A stretch of 64,000 nt of DNA from a virus: IMG/VR virus record IMGVR_UViG_3300042934_000426, positions 32,001 through 96,000 of that record; one strand, written 5' to 3'. Position numbers and translations under genes: made by a program. Of the stretch, positions 28,893 to 38,119 are shown piece after piece (the first letter of the stretch is position 1; every line of letters starts with the position of its first letter). Below the pieces are notes generated by a model. The model saw only the letters and a program-made list of their open reading frames with translations. It had not been told where the DNA came from and searched no databases.

Positions 28893-28963
28893 CCAGCTCC
28901 TTTTTTGTTTTAGGGGCTTTCCCCCTCATTATTACCATACATACGTCTTTTATTTTATTCTAC
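28893..28963 (-). promoter_or_regulatory. promoter-hairpin-RBS cassette, copy 5
   Basis: GTAGA-N13-CGTATGTATGGTAAT, GGGG/CCCC hairpin, AGGAGCTGG. Confidence 0.75.
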
Positions 28964-28999
28964 GCCCTTCGGAAGTGTATTATCCACGTCAATAAATAG

Positions 29000-29035
29000 A
29001 AAAAGACCCATGCCTTCAGGGGTGGCATGGGTCTT
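29000..29035 (-). terminator. rho-independent terminator after HU
   Basis: AAGACCCATGCC/GGCATGGGTCTT stem plus T-run. Confidence 0.75.
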
Positions 29036-29066
29036 ACAGGGGTATTCGGGTTAGGTTAAGTATAGC

Positions 29067-29420
29067 TTACTTTAACGCGTCTTTCAATGCCTTACCAGGT
29101 TTGAACGCTGGATATTTACCACCAGCAATTTCAAGTTCTTCGCCTGTTTGTGGATTGCGTCCCTTTCTTGCTTGACGCTCACGCACTTCGTACACGCCAT
29201 GACCTATGTAGCGTACTTTATCACCATTTTGAAGAGCACCTAAGATAAGGGACTTCTCAGCGTCTAAGATTTTACCGATAACGCCCTGAGATACTTCGAC
29301 AGGGTGGTCACCCGCTTTTAGTTCTTCCTGAATGGCTTTGACCATATCCTCTTTACCGAAAATCGTTCCTTTTGTTTCGACTACTTCTACAGGTGCTTCT
29401 ACAGCTTTTTTCTTTGCCAT
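29067..29420 (-). CDS. HU/TF1-like histone-like DNA-binding protein
   Basis: [44 protein letters not shown]. Confidence 0.9.
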   Translation of the reverse strand: MAKKKAVEAPVEVVETKGTIFGKEDMVKAIQEELKAGDHPVEVSQGVIGKILDAEKSLILGALQNGDKVRYIGHGVYEVRERQARKGRNPQTGEELEIAGGKYPAFKPGKALKDALK

Positions 29421-29486
29421 GATTCTTTATCTCCTTTGGGTCTATGCCCATATTGAATTCGGTAGCTCACCAGCTCCGTTAAGGCG

Positions 29487-29516
29487 ACTATATCACTCTC
29501 GGATAAGCTTCGTCAA
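29487..29516 (-). promoter_or_regulatory. sigmaA-type promoter for HU
   Basis: TTGACG-18 bp-TATAGT with extended TG. Confidence 0.55.
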
Positions 29517-29519
29517 TAG

Positions 29520-29563
29520 AAAAAGCTCCCGAAGCGTATTGGTGGGCTCTTCGGGAGCTTTTT
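29520..29563. terminator. terminator ending the late/lysis operon
   Basis: AAAAAGCTCCCGAAG/CTTCGGGAGCTTTTT inverted repeat. Confidence 0.8.
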
Positions 29564-29743
29564 CTATTTCTTTTCCTTTTTCGGTTTCATGAAAATACCC
29601 GCAATCGCTATACCCGCTAATGTAAGGTCAGCTATAGCGTTGGTTAATTCCCCAGGTACTTCGTAGCCTGTAGCATGCTTTACTACGACGGCAAGTGCGG
29701 ATATCACAGGAATGAGTAACGCTTTATTGAATGTATGCTTCAT
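29564..29743 (-). CDS. putative holin (59 aa, 2 TM segments, basic C-terminus)
   Basis: Hand-translated MKHTFNKALLIPVISALAVVV...LAGIAIAGIFMKPKKEKK; ATGA-coupled to the endolysin. Confidence 0.7.
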   Translation of the reverse strand: MKHTFNKALLIPVISALAVVVKHATGYEVPGELTNAIADLTLAGIAIAGIFMKPKKEKK

Positions 29744-30498
29744 AGGTTTCGACGCTCCTTTATGACAATAGGTTTATAGCCTTTCGCCTTCAATTCGTCC
29801 TGAAGTCTTTTTGCGTTGTCTTCGTTTTCGTATGCCCCTACTTGAACAAGGAAAACGTACCCTTCCGAAGTGGGCTTTGTAGGTGAAGGTGTCGGCTTCG
29901 GAACGTAGGTCTTCCCAAAAATCTCACATATTGCCTTCGCCAGCTCCACCGCGCACTCACGACGGTACTCGTCCGATAGAAGCCTCTTCACGTCGTCTTG
30001 GTTGTCCATAAAGCCCAGCTCGACAAGAATCGAAACAGGCTTGACGTTCTTTATCATGTAAAGCCATGCCCCAGGTTTTAAACCTCTATCCTTCATTTTA
30101 GTTCCTTGCATAACGTGATGATGAACCACTTGCGCTACCTTTTTCGATAGAGCGGAAGTTTCATAGTAAAGCGTTTCGATACCGCCCGCCTTATCGTTTA
30201 AGATTCCGTCGAAGGCGTTGGCATGGATTTCTACGTGAAGGTGTGCCCCTGATTCATTCACACGCTTCGCACGGGTTTCTAGTGGTACATCTATCTTGTC
30301 GTGGTCAACATCTACATGCTTAATCCCACAACGCTTCAGTTCTTCAGCTAAGTAGTCTTGGACGGCTTCGTTGAACTCTTTTTCTTTCATACGCTGACCA
30401 TTTCGCTGTGGTAGTGGTGGCGTTTCTTTTCCGTTGGTATCGTATCCATGCCCCGCTGAAGACGATACGATTGGTTCAGACACCTGAATAAGTGCCAT
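29740..30498 (-). CDS. endolysin: N-acetylmuramoyl-L-alanine amidase (Amidase_3) with SPOR domain
   Basis: SAGHG, EKEFN, EIHANA, LVELGFMDN; C-terminal VQVGAY..NAKRL; start ATG 30498. Confidence 0.9.
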   Translation of the reverse strand: MALIQVSEPIVSSSAGHGYDTNGKETPPLPQRNGQRMKEKEFNEAVQDYLAEELKRCGIKHVDVDHDKIDVPLETRAKRVNESGAHLHVEIHANAFDGILNDKAGGIETLYYETSALSKKVAQVVHHHVMQGTKMKDRGLKPGAWLYMIKNVKPVSILVELGFMDNQDDVKRLLSDEYRRECAVELAKAICEIFGKTYVPKPTPSPTKPTSEGYVFLVQVGAYENEDNAKRLQDELKAKGYKPIVIKERRNL

Positions 30499-30511
30499 AT
30501 AGGTTGTCCCC

Positions 30512-30814
30512 CTATGCGATAATTTTCTTATGGATTTCACTTACTTTATCATTCGTATCTTTTGCCGTGTCGACACCCTTCCGAAGCGTTTCCATAATTT
30601 CCTTTTGGAATTCGATTTCCCGCTCGGCTTGCTTGGCAAAAACGTCTGACAAACTATTAAAAGCGTCCGTGTTCTTGTTCAGCGAATCGGTGCTGTTTGC
30701 CCATTGTGTCATCACTAGCCTAAAGGCTTGGTAGCCGAAGTAGATAACCGCAATCGCGATTCCTATGCCCCCCAGGTCTTTTGCTAGCTTGAACCACTCG
30801 AAATCAATCGTCAT
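30512..30814 (-). CDS. holin-like protein (one TM plus coiled coil, BhlA-like)
   Basis: N-terminal TM helix, directly upstream of the endolysin. Confidence 0.6.
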   Translation of the reverse strand: MTIDFEWFKLAKDLGGIGIAIAVIYFGYQAFRLVMTQWANSTDSLNKNTDAFNSLSDVFAKQAEREIEFQKEIMETLRKGVDTAKDTNDKVSEIHKKIIA

Positions 30815-30860
30815 ACCCCCTGACCCCTTCCTTCCAAAATTCCAGCCCTGATTACTTATT

Positions 30861-31370
30861 CTATTTTACCACCTGGTAACCATTTGAAATAGAGCTAACC
30901 TTCCGAAGGTTATAAACTTGGATAAGTTCATGAGGGTACACGTCCCCTACACCTATTTGTAGCAACCGCTTCACGCCTACTACGTAAAAAATGTAGTCGA
31001 CCACTTCGGAACAATACAATTTGTTTTTCTCTTCGATAAGCGTACGATTGGACTTCCACCAGCTTCGAAGTATTAAACCGACCATTTCTAGGTAGTCGTA
31101 AGCCTTTCCTTCCTGTGTGTAGGCTAGAAGCTCGATATGAAACTGTTGCTTACGGGTTAGCTCGGTGCGGTAGACTTCGAACACTTCCGAAGGCTGTATA
31201 CGTCGTATCTTCGTTTTTGTAAACCGCTGGGCTTCGAGCACAAGCGGTGTTCCGTCAATGTCTTCCCCTATGACTAAGGCTACATGGGTGTAAGATGACT
31301 TCGTGATGTAAGCAATAACCTTAGAAATAAGGGAACGTCCCTTGAAAAAAAGTACGTCCCCTGTTTTCAT
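30861..31370 (-). CDS. permuted papain-like NlpC/P60 (YiiX/YebB-like) protein
   Basis: GDVLFF, YTHVAL, G.AYD, LYCSEVV. Confidence 0.8.
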   Translation of the reverse strand: MKTGDVLFFKGRSLISKVIAYITKSSYTHVALVIGEDIDGTPLVLEAQRFTKTKIRRIQPSEVFEVYRTELTRKQQFHIELLAYTQEGKAYDYLEMVGLILRSWWKSNRTLIEEKNKLYCSEVVDYIFYVVGVKRLLQIGVGDVYPHELIQVYNLRKVSSISNGYQVVK

Positions 31371-31383
31371 GCTCCTAGCTCCC

Positions 31384-32025
31384 TTACCAATTAATAGCGT
31401 CGACTTTGGCAAAACCGACTGAGGAAGTATCTGATATCAGTGTAACCGCCTGTTTAAGTTGGTCGTATTTGAATAGTTGAGCTTTCTTATGCGCTAATCC
31501 TTCGGAATGAATTTTTAGCCATTCTTCCCGTGTGTGCACGACATAACCAGCGTCTTCGGTTTTCCATGGAACATCGATAATCGAAGGGTCGCTAGTTAGC
31601 TCGTCTTTCTGACCAATAAAGTTAATTTGGTCATCCCGATTGGTTCGGTAGTGGTGACCATTTATCTTCGAAGTGAAGCCTTCTTCGATAGCCAGCTCAC
31701 ACAAGCGTTTTAAGCTGGCGATTTTGATAGCTTTTAAGTTCGCTAGACCTTCCGCTTGCACAATACCTTTATCATAGGTGAACTCAAGCACCCTTTTTTC
31801 AGCATTGATACGATACCCTGTGCATTTCGAGAACTCTTCGTCATAGGCTCCGTAGTCTAGCTCTAGCACGTCAAACGTTCCTTCTGGTTGTTTCGCTAGA
31901 ATCGAATAGGCTTCGATGTCTTGTTCAACGGTTGTTTCTATGACATCACCTTGCATTTTTCCTGTATCCAGGATGATACGCCCTGTGTCTTTCTCAAAAT
32001 AAATTCTACGCTTAATGTACTTCAT
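31384..32025 (-). CDS. tail fibre assembly/chaperone-like protein
   Basis: Follows the fibre gene; KAIKIASL..AIEEGF..DQIN pattern (DUF4376-like). Confidence 0.6.
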   Translation of the reverse strand: MKYIKRRIYFEKDTGRIILDTGKMQGDVIETTVEQDIEAYSILAKQPEGTFDVLELDYGAYDEEFSKCTGYRINAEKRVLEFTYDKGIVQAEGLANLKAIKIASLKRLCELAIEEGFTSKINGHHYRTNRDDQINFIGQKDELTSDPSIIDVPWKTEDAGYVVHTREEWLKIHSEGLAHKKAQLFKYDQLKQAVTLISDTSSVGFAKVDAINW

Positions 32026-32063
32026 TATTTTTACCCTCCTTCAATAGCCCATTAAAATAGTGT

Positions 32064-35000
32064 CTACAAGCTTCCTTCGTAGGCGTACCATTCCCACGTA
32101 ACAACCTGTCCCGCTTGATAGGAGCTAAAGGTAAAACCTGTAGATGTAGTAGAAGCTGTACCATAAGATGTGTAAACGTTACCGCCATTATGGTACCAAT
32201 CATAACAGTTCATAGCGTCTTCTCTTGCTATTTGACCTGCGTCACTATTCTTGTACCATGAGCCAACGATTGTTCTTCTAAATAATAAACTGGAACCTGT
32301 AGTGAATCCCATAAGAAGAACCACAGCGGGCTCAAAAGCTAAGTTGTTTACGGTTTGTACAGTGTCGGGATTAATAAAATAAAAGGCTCCTGACGCTTTC
32401 CGTCCAACGGTTCCTGTGACCCCGAAAATATTGACACCTTTTAGGATATTAAAAGCCTTTAAGTCAGCGTCACCCGCAATCGTAATCGCACTAGAGTAAT
32501 AGCCCGCTGGTTTCGTTTGATTACTAGCCGAAGGGGTAACGGTTCCACCCGCTCCATTATTTGCTATGGTTCCTGATACGACTGCCCCATTGACGAAGGC
32601 TTTTCGCCCTGTAAGGATTTGTGAAGCGCTTGCTGGTGCTGTCGCTTCGGTTGTATCGATGACGTTCGTCGCTCCCGCTACTCCGAAGATATTGACACCC
32701 GCTTTGATGTTGGCGCTCACTAGGTCAGTGTCACCAGCCACCGAACCACCACTGTAGTAACCCGCTGGTATAGAAATAGCGCTTGCTCCTGGTGTAAAGC
32801 TAGGACTTCCTTGGTTCGGCATGGTTCCTGTTGTTTTTGTCCCATTTACCCAGGCAATTCGACCCGTCAAAATCTGTGAATTTGTTGCTGGGGATGTACC
32901 TTCTGTCGTGTCTACTACCTGGGACTTTCCAGCTACCCCAAAGATATCCACGCCCGCTTTAATGTTCGCACTTATGAGGTCAGGGTCACCCGCTATGGAG
33001 CCACCGCTATAGTAGCCCGCTGAAAGAGGGATAGAGCCTATTCCTGGTGTAAAGCTAGGACTTCCTTGGTTCGGCATGGTTCCTGTGACCTTCGCCCCGT
33101 TCACGAAGCCTATTTTACCTGTCAGAATTTGCCCCGCACTCGCTGGCGAAGTCGCTTCGGAAGTATCGACGACGTTCGTCGCTCCCACTACTCCGAAAAT
33201 ATCCACGCCCGCTTTGATGTTGGCACTCACTAAGTCGGTATCTCCGCTGATAGTAATGGCGCTTGAATAGTAGCCCGCTGGCTTCGTTTGGTTAGCCGTT
33301 CCTGGTGTGACCGTTCCACCCGCTCCATTGTTTGCCATGGTGCCTGTGACCTTTGCCCCTTGGACGAAGCCCACTTTTCCTGATAGGACGTCACCAGCCG
33401 TGATTCGATTCGCAACCGTCGCTTCGGCTGTGTCGACCACTTCGGTTTTCCCCGCTACCCCAAAGATATCCACACCCGCTTTGATGTTGGCGCTTATAAG
33501 GTCAGCGTCCCCTACAATAACGCTTGGGTTTCCTAATCCGTAGTAACCGTAAGGAATCGTTATGTCTGTCGCTCCAGGTGTAAAGGTCTTTTTTGTTCCT
33601 ACTAAAGCATAATCAGGCATAGTCCCTACTTTTTTAACCCCATTTACAAACCCTACGTAACCTTCTCGTAAATCTTGAACATCTATAGGTTTAGTCGCGT
33701 CGGAAGTATCGACGACGTTCGTCGCTCCCACTACTCCGAAAATATCCACGCCCGCTTTGATATTCGCGCTTATGAGGTCAGCGTCACCACTAATAGTAAT
33801 AGCGCTTGAATAATAGCCCGCTGGCTTCGTTTGGTTCGCTGTGCTTGGTGTGACCGTGCCACCCGCTCCATTGTTTGCCATGGTTCCCGTGACCTTTGCC
33901 CCTTGGACGAAGCCTACTTTCCCTGTAAGCATATCACCAGCCGTTACACGGTTACCAACGGTCGCTTCGGAAGTGTCTACCACTTCTGTTTTCCCCGCCA
34001 CACCGAAGATATTCACGCCCGCTTTGATGTTGGCTGAAATCAGGTCAGCGTCACCTGAAATGACGCCCGCACCACTATGGTATCCGTCAGGGATTGTAAT
34101 ATTAGCGGTTCCTGGTGTAGCGCCCCATGCCCCTCTATCAGGCATAGTACCTGTGATTTTCGCACCATTTACAAACCCAACTCTTCCCGCTAATACACGC
34201 CCTACCGTAATAGGAGAAGGTACTTCGGTGGTATCCACCACTTCGGTTTTCCCCGCTACCCCAAAAATATCAGCACCCGCTTTGATGTTGGCGCTCACTA
34301 AATCAGCGTCACCCGCTATGGTGATATCCGTAGAGTAATACCCATAGCCTTTTGTTTGGTTCGCTGTACCAGGTGTGACCGTTCCACCAGCTCCACGATT
34401 CGGCATATCTCCGATTAGCTTCACACCATTTACGAAGGCTACTTTATTATTTACGATATGACCTGTTATAGCTGGTGAGGTCGCTTCGGAAGTGTCGACC
34501 ACTTCGGTTTTCCCCGCTACGCCAAAGATATCTACGCCCGCTCGAATATTACCTGTTAGAAGGTCAGCGTCGCCCGCTACGGTACCTGTACCATCGTGGT
34601 AACCCGCTGGTATCGTTTGATTCGCTGTCCCAGGCGTTATGCTCGTTGTAGAAGTTGCCATGGTTCCTGTGACCTTAGCCCCGTTGACGAAGGCAACTTT
34701 AGGCGCTAAAATGTGGCTCGCTCCCGCTGGATTAAGCGCTTCGGAAGTGTCTGATACCGTCGACGTCCCCGCTACACCAAAGATGTTCACGCCCGCTTTG
34801 ATATTGCCTGGTACTAAGTCGGGGTCACCTTCGATGGTAATCGCTCCATCATAAACACCCGCCCCCTTTACGATATTGGCTGTACCTGGTGTGATGGTTT
34901 GAGCCGTTGTTGCTTGCACCGCTAGCGTCCCTGTTACGAGCGCACCATTGACATAAGCTTTCTGCCCGCTTCGGATTTGACCCGCACTTGCTGGGTTTGT

Positions 35001-36470
35001 GCTTACGGACGTGTTTACGACGTTTGTGTCACCCGCTACTCCGAAGATATTAACGCCCGCCTTAATGTTGGCTGTTACGAGGTCTGCGTCTGTTATCTGT
35101 ATGTTAGGTTCACCACCAGGGTAGTAACCTTTTGGTACATGTACAGACACCGATGTATCCGTATTCGTATTTATCCATGTAGTATCTTCATTTACAACGC
35201 CTGTTTTATTAGTCATAGACCCTGTTTGGTCACCTGTATCATTTGAGAATGTTTTTCCGCTCAATACTTCTGCTGGTTGAGCGTTTCCTGACCCCCCTTC
35301 ACCCTGTAAGATAAAATCCGTGCCGTTATAGACCAGCGTATAAACGCTTCCTGTTTTTAAGTTTCCAGCGGATAAAAGACCGCCATTCCCTTTTTTAATC
35401 GTCTTCGCGCCTAAACCGTTCACGTTAACCGTTGCGGAACCTGTATTATCCGCATGAATCTCTAATCGAAGCGATAGTCCTTTGACTAGGGTAGGGGCTG
35501 GCGTTAAAGTAGCGGTATAAGCCGTTCCTGTGCCCGCTGACACGACATAAGGCGTGTGAAGGGTAAAGGTATTCGCGTGGGCGTTTAAGGTCGTTTGAGT
35601 GACTAGTGATTCCCATGCTGTCCATGTACTGTTTGACTTCTTTCGACTATACGTACCTTCGGGGTTCGTACCAATCGCAATTTGTACCCCACCTGTTGCG
35701 GAAGTTTTTATATGAATAATACCGTAGTAATCAGCTAGTATACCTCTTGGACTGTTTGTTAGGTTTGTTCCTTGATAAAAACCTGTTACGTCTAAAGTAT
35801 TTAAGTCTGTGCTACCAATATCTTTCGCCACACTACCCAATCCGAAGCCCTTCGCAAAGTTAATCGCATTAGTTTCAGCGGTACTCGATAAGGCGGTCGC
35901 AATCGCTCTAGCGTCCGCTAGAATGGTTGTATCTGTAAATGTTAGTTTCTGTACCGTAGGTTGACCCCCTACCGCCACAATATCGCACAGCTTTTGGAAG
36001 GTACCTGTCCCTACGTTCGTCTTCGTCAACTGATAGGTCACTTGTAGTCTTCGGGTCGTTTCCTCTCCCATACGAGCGTCTAGCATGGTATTCGGTACGG
36101 TTGTCGAAGTCGCTAAGTCCCCATGCTTCTTAATTCCGTCTGTATGAGCTTTCACGCTCTCGATTTTATTTAAGTAAACAGCGTCCCCACTGGCTACGGC
36201 AAAATCGGTCGAAGTAAGGAGGATAATTTCCCCGTCAATCGATACGTATTCATTCGTGATATTCAGCTTCCCGTTGGCTACGGCATACGTTCCCATGTAC
36301 AGAGGTCTGCTTCCGAAGACTAATTGTAGTAGTCGTGCGGTTCGGAAGTTTTGGATATCCTGAGCTTCGTTGAGCTCGGCTTCGGTTATCTTCGCGTCCG
36401 CACCGAAAATGACCTTCTTAAATTGTGCTTCTTTGTTGAAATAACTATCGACTGTAAAAATAGCTGGCAT
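32064..36470 (-). CDS. long tail fibre with 11 internal repeats
   Basis: Gly/Thr/Ala-rich; repeated GDxDLxxxNIKAGVxIFGVxG; position after the baseplate genes. Confidence 0.85.
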   Translation of the reverse strand: MPAIFTVDSYFNKEAQFKKVIFGADAKITEAELNEAQDIQNFRTARLLQLVFGSRPLYMGTYAVANGKLNITNEYVSIDGEIILLTSTDFAVASGDAVYLNKIESVKAHTDGIKKHGDLATSTTVPNTMLDARMGEETTRRLQVTYQLTKTNVGTGTFQKLCDIVAVGGQPTVQKLTFTDTTILADARAIATALSSTAETNAINFAKGFGLGSVAKDIGSTDLNTLDVTGFYQGTNLTNSPRGILADYYGIIHIKTSATGGVQIAIGTNPEGTYSRKKSNSTWTAWESLVTQTTLNAHANTFTLHTPYVVSAGTGTAYTATLTPAPTLVKGLSLRLEIHADNTGSATVNVNGLGAKTIKKGNGGLLSAGNLKTGSVYTLVYNGTDFILQGEGGSGNAQPAEVLSGKTFSNDTGDQTGSMTNKTGVVNEDTTWINTNTDTSVSVHVPKGYYPGGEPNIQITDADLVTANIKAGVNIFGVAGDTNVVNTSVSTNPASAGQIRSGQKAYVNGALVTGTLAVQATTAQTITPGTANIVKGAGVYDGAITIEGDPDLVPGNIKAGVNIFGVAGTSTVSDTSEALNPAGASHILAPKVAFVNGAKVTGTMATSTTSITPGTANQTIPAGYHDGTGTVAGDADLLTGNIRAGVDIFGVAGKTEVVDTSEATSPAITGHIVNNKVAFVNGVKLIGDMPNRGAGGTVTPGTANQTKGYGYYSTDITIAGDADLVSANIKAGADIFGVAGKTEVVDTTEVPSPITVGRVLAGRVGFVNGAKITGTMPDRGAWGATPGTANITIPDGYHSGAGVISGDADLISANIKAGVNIFGVAGKTEVVDTSEATVGNRVTAGDMLTGKVGFVQGAKVTGTMANNGAGGTVTPSTANQTKPAGYYSSAITISGDADLISANIKAGVDIFGVVGATNVVDTSDATKPIDVQDLREGYVGFVNGVKKVGTMPDYALVGTKKTFTPGATDITIPYGYYGLGNPSVIVGDADLISANIKAGVDIFGVAGKTEVVDTAEATVANRITAGDVLSGKVGFVQGAKVTGTMANNGAGGTVTPGTANQTKPAGYYSSAITISGDTDLVSANIKAGVDIFGVVGATNVVDTSEATSPASAGQILTGKIGFVNGAKVTGTMPNQGSPSFTPGIGSIPLSAGYYSGGSIAGDPDLISANIKAGVDIFGVAGKSQVVDTTEGTSPATNSQILTGRIAWVNGTKTTGTMPNQGSPSFTPGASAISIPAGYYSGGSVAGDTDLVSANIKAGVNIFGVAGATNVIDTTEATAPASASQILTGRKAFVNGAVVSGTIANNGAGGTVTPSASNQTKPAGYYSSAITIAGDADLKAFNILKGVNIFGVTGTVGRKASGAFYFINPDTVQTVNNLAFEPAVVLLMGFTTGSSLLFRRTIVGSWYKNSDAGQIAREDAMNCYDWYHNGGNVYTSYGTASTTSTGFTFSSYQAGQVVTWEWYAYEGSL

Positions 36471-36488
36471 GTAGCTCGTCCCCCTTTA

Positions 36489-37073
36489 TTAAAACGTAAT
36501 ACGCCATGTGACGGATAATTGCATACCGTTGGCTTTATTCCACACAGGAAACACCTTGTAGTTAAACATATAGCCTGAATTGAGCGTAACCGTGGCGTCG
36601 CCACCAAAAAGACCCATTTCGACTAGTGCACCGTTGGCTTCGGTGTCGGTAAAGCTAACCGTAAACTCAATCACGTTGGTTTCGGTACCTGTTGCATTTC
36701 CTGAACCGTCGATGTACGTCCAGGCGCTTATCGCTTTTCGGAATAAGGCGGTTCGAAGTTGGGTTTGGGTGAGCGATTCAGGTTGTGGCGCTTGTGTCGT
36801 GCCTGTTCCGACGCCTGTTCCGACTTCTAGGTGCGTGATACCCGCTCCCCAATTCGCCCCAGGACGCATACGCTTCGCAATAAATTGAGAAGCCTTCGAA
36901 ACAATTAAGTTCTTTAGATGGAACTCTTTTTCTGCGTGAAGTTGGCTTCGGTCTAAGTACCCTTGCCCGTTTGCTTCGTCTATCCATATCATTTTAGGGT
37001 CTTCTTTGTGCAAGTAGGCACTAACGAAGCCCTTTGCCCCTAGTGACTGGTCTTCTTCGAAAAAATAATCCAC
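36489..37073 (-). CDS. baseplate/tail-fibre attachment protein
   Basis: KNLIV..., EANGALVEMGLF, WRITF pattern; position. Confidence 0.65.
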   Translation of the reverse strand: MDYFFEEDQSLGAKGFVSAYLHKEDPKMIWIDEANGQGYLDRSQLHAEKEFHLKNLIVSKASQFIAKRMRPGANWGAGITHLEVGTGVGTGTTQAPQPESLTQTQLRTALFRKAISAWTYIDGSGNATGTETNVIEFTVSFTDTEANGALVEMGLFGGDATVTLNSGYMFNYKVFPVWNKANGMQLSVTWRITF

Positions 37074-37086
37074 TAAAACTACCCCC

Positions 37087-38103
37087 TTACATTTCTTTAA
37101 TAATGGTACCGCCTTGTGTCATGACCATGCTAACTCTTTCAATAATACGTTTGTCTGATATAGATAGCTTATGTGTGCTGTTCAAACGGCTACTGTTTAA
37201 TATGAATCCACTCAATGCTTGACCCGCTGGTATAACGGTGTAGTCCTCTTCGGCTTTTCCGAAGTTAACACTAACGGTTCGATACGATTGGTTAATGGAT
37301 GGGAACGTATCCCCTTTAAAGCTTCGGAAGGACACAGGGTAGTCTTCTGAAAAGTCCACCGCATAGTTCAGAATGTAGTCTACGCCCGCCCCTTTTAAGG
37401 TCTTAATGAGGTCATGAATCTTTTGAGCGGAAGACATATATTCAGGTGTAACACGGACTTCGAATTTCGCTGGTAGATAGTCTTGCACCTTTACCACCGC
37501 ATTAATGTAAAAGCTTACGAGCTCTTCGATAGCGACGTCATTCGCTTTTACACGGTTAATAGACAAAAACGCTCTTCGAAGGAGCATTTCATCGGTTTCA
37601 TCACGTAATCTCTTAATCTTGAAAAATCCTACCCAATAATCCAGCCATTCGCCCCGTGCGGACGGTAAAAGGATTTGCTCGACCGCTACGTCGATGTCAT
37701 TACCCGCTTCGGTTAGCTTTCGATGGAACGGGTACATCACCCGCCATAGATTTGATGTAAAGCCATAGAGGGTTTCCCCGTCATTTAAAAGGCTTCGGTT
37801 CGCCACTTCGAGAAGAACTAAAGCGGATTCTTGGGCGATATTTGAGTTGATAACAGTTAGGTCGTACCCCATTCCCCTAGCGGTCGTCACGACGTCGTTC
37901 ACCGTCATATCATCCAGGTGGATTTCTTGTGATTGGGTCAAATACTTCGAATAAGGTAAAGAGTGGAAGGATAAAATTCCACTCTCGATAGTCAATAAAT
38001 GATGTTGACCTGTACCCTTCCGAAGTGTAAGTGTAGGGGAGATACGACTGTTTTCATACCATATTCGGTTCACTTTTTCGAGCAAATTGCGTAGCATTTG
38101 CAT
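37087..38103 (-). CDS. baseplate wedge protein (P2 gpI-like)
   Basis: ARGEWLDYW...R..DETDE..R; follows the J-like gene. Confidence 0.7.
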   Translation of the reverse strand: MQMLRNLLEKVNRIWYENSRISPTLTLRKGTGQHHLLTIESGILSFHSLPYSKYLTQSQEIHLDDMTVNDVVTTARGMGYDLTVINSNIAQESALVLLEVANRSLLNDGETLYGFTSNLWRVMYPFHRKLTEAGNDIDVAVEQILLPSARGEWLDYWVGFFKIKRLRDETDEMLLRRAFLSINRVKANDVAIEELVSFYINAVVKVQDYLPAKFEVRVTPEYMSSAQKIHDLIKTLKGAGVDYILNYAVDFSEDYPVSFRSFKGDTFPSINQSYRTVSVNFGKAEEDYTVIPAGQALSGFILNSSRLNSTHKLSISDKRIIERVSMVMTQGGTIIKEM

Positions 38104-38119
38104 GTAGGTCACCCCTCTT

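Noticed and set aside
32064-32400. Diversity-generating retroelement target at the fibre tip
   Set aside because: No reverse transcriptase or template repeat seen in the window
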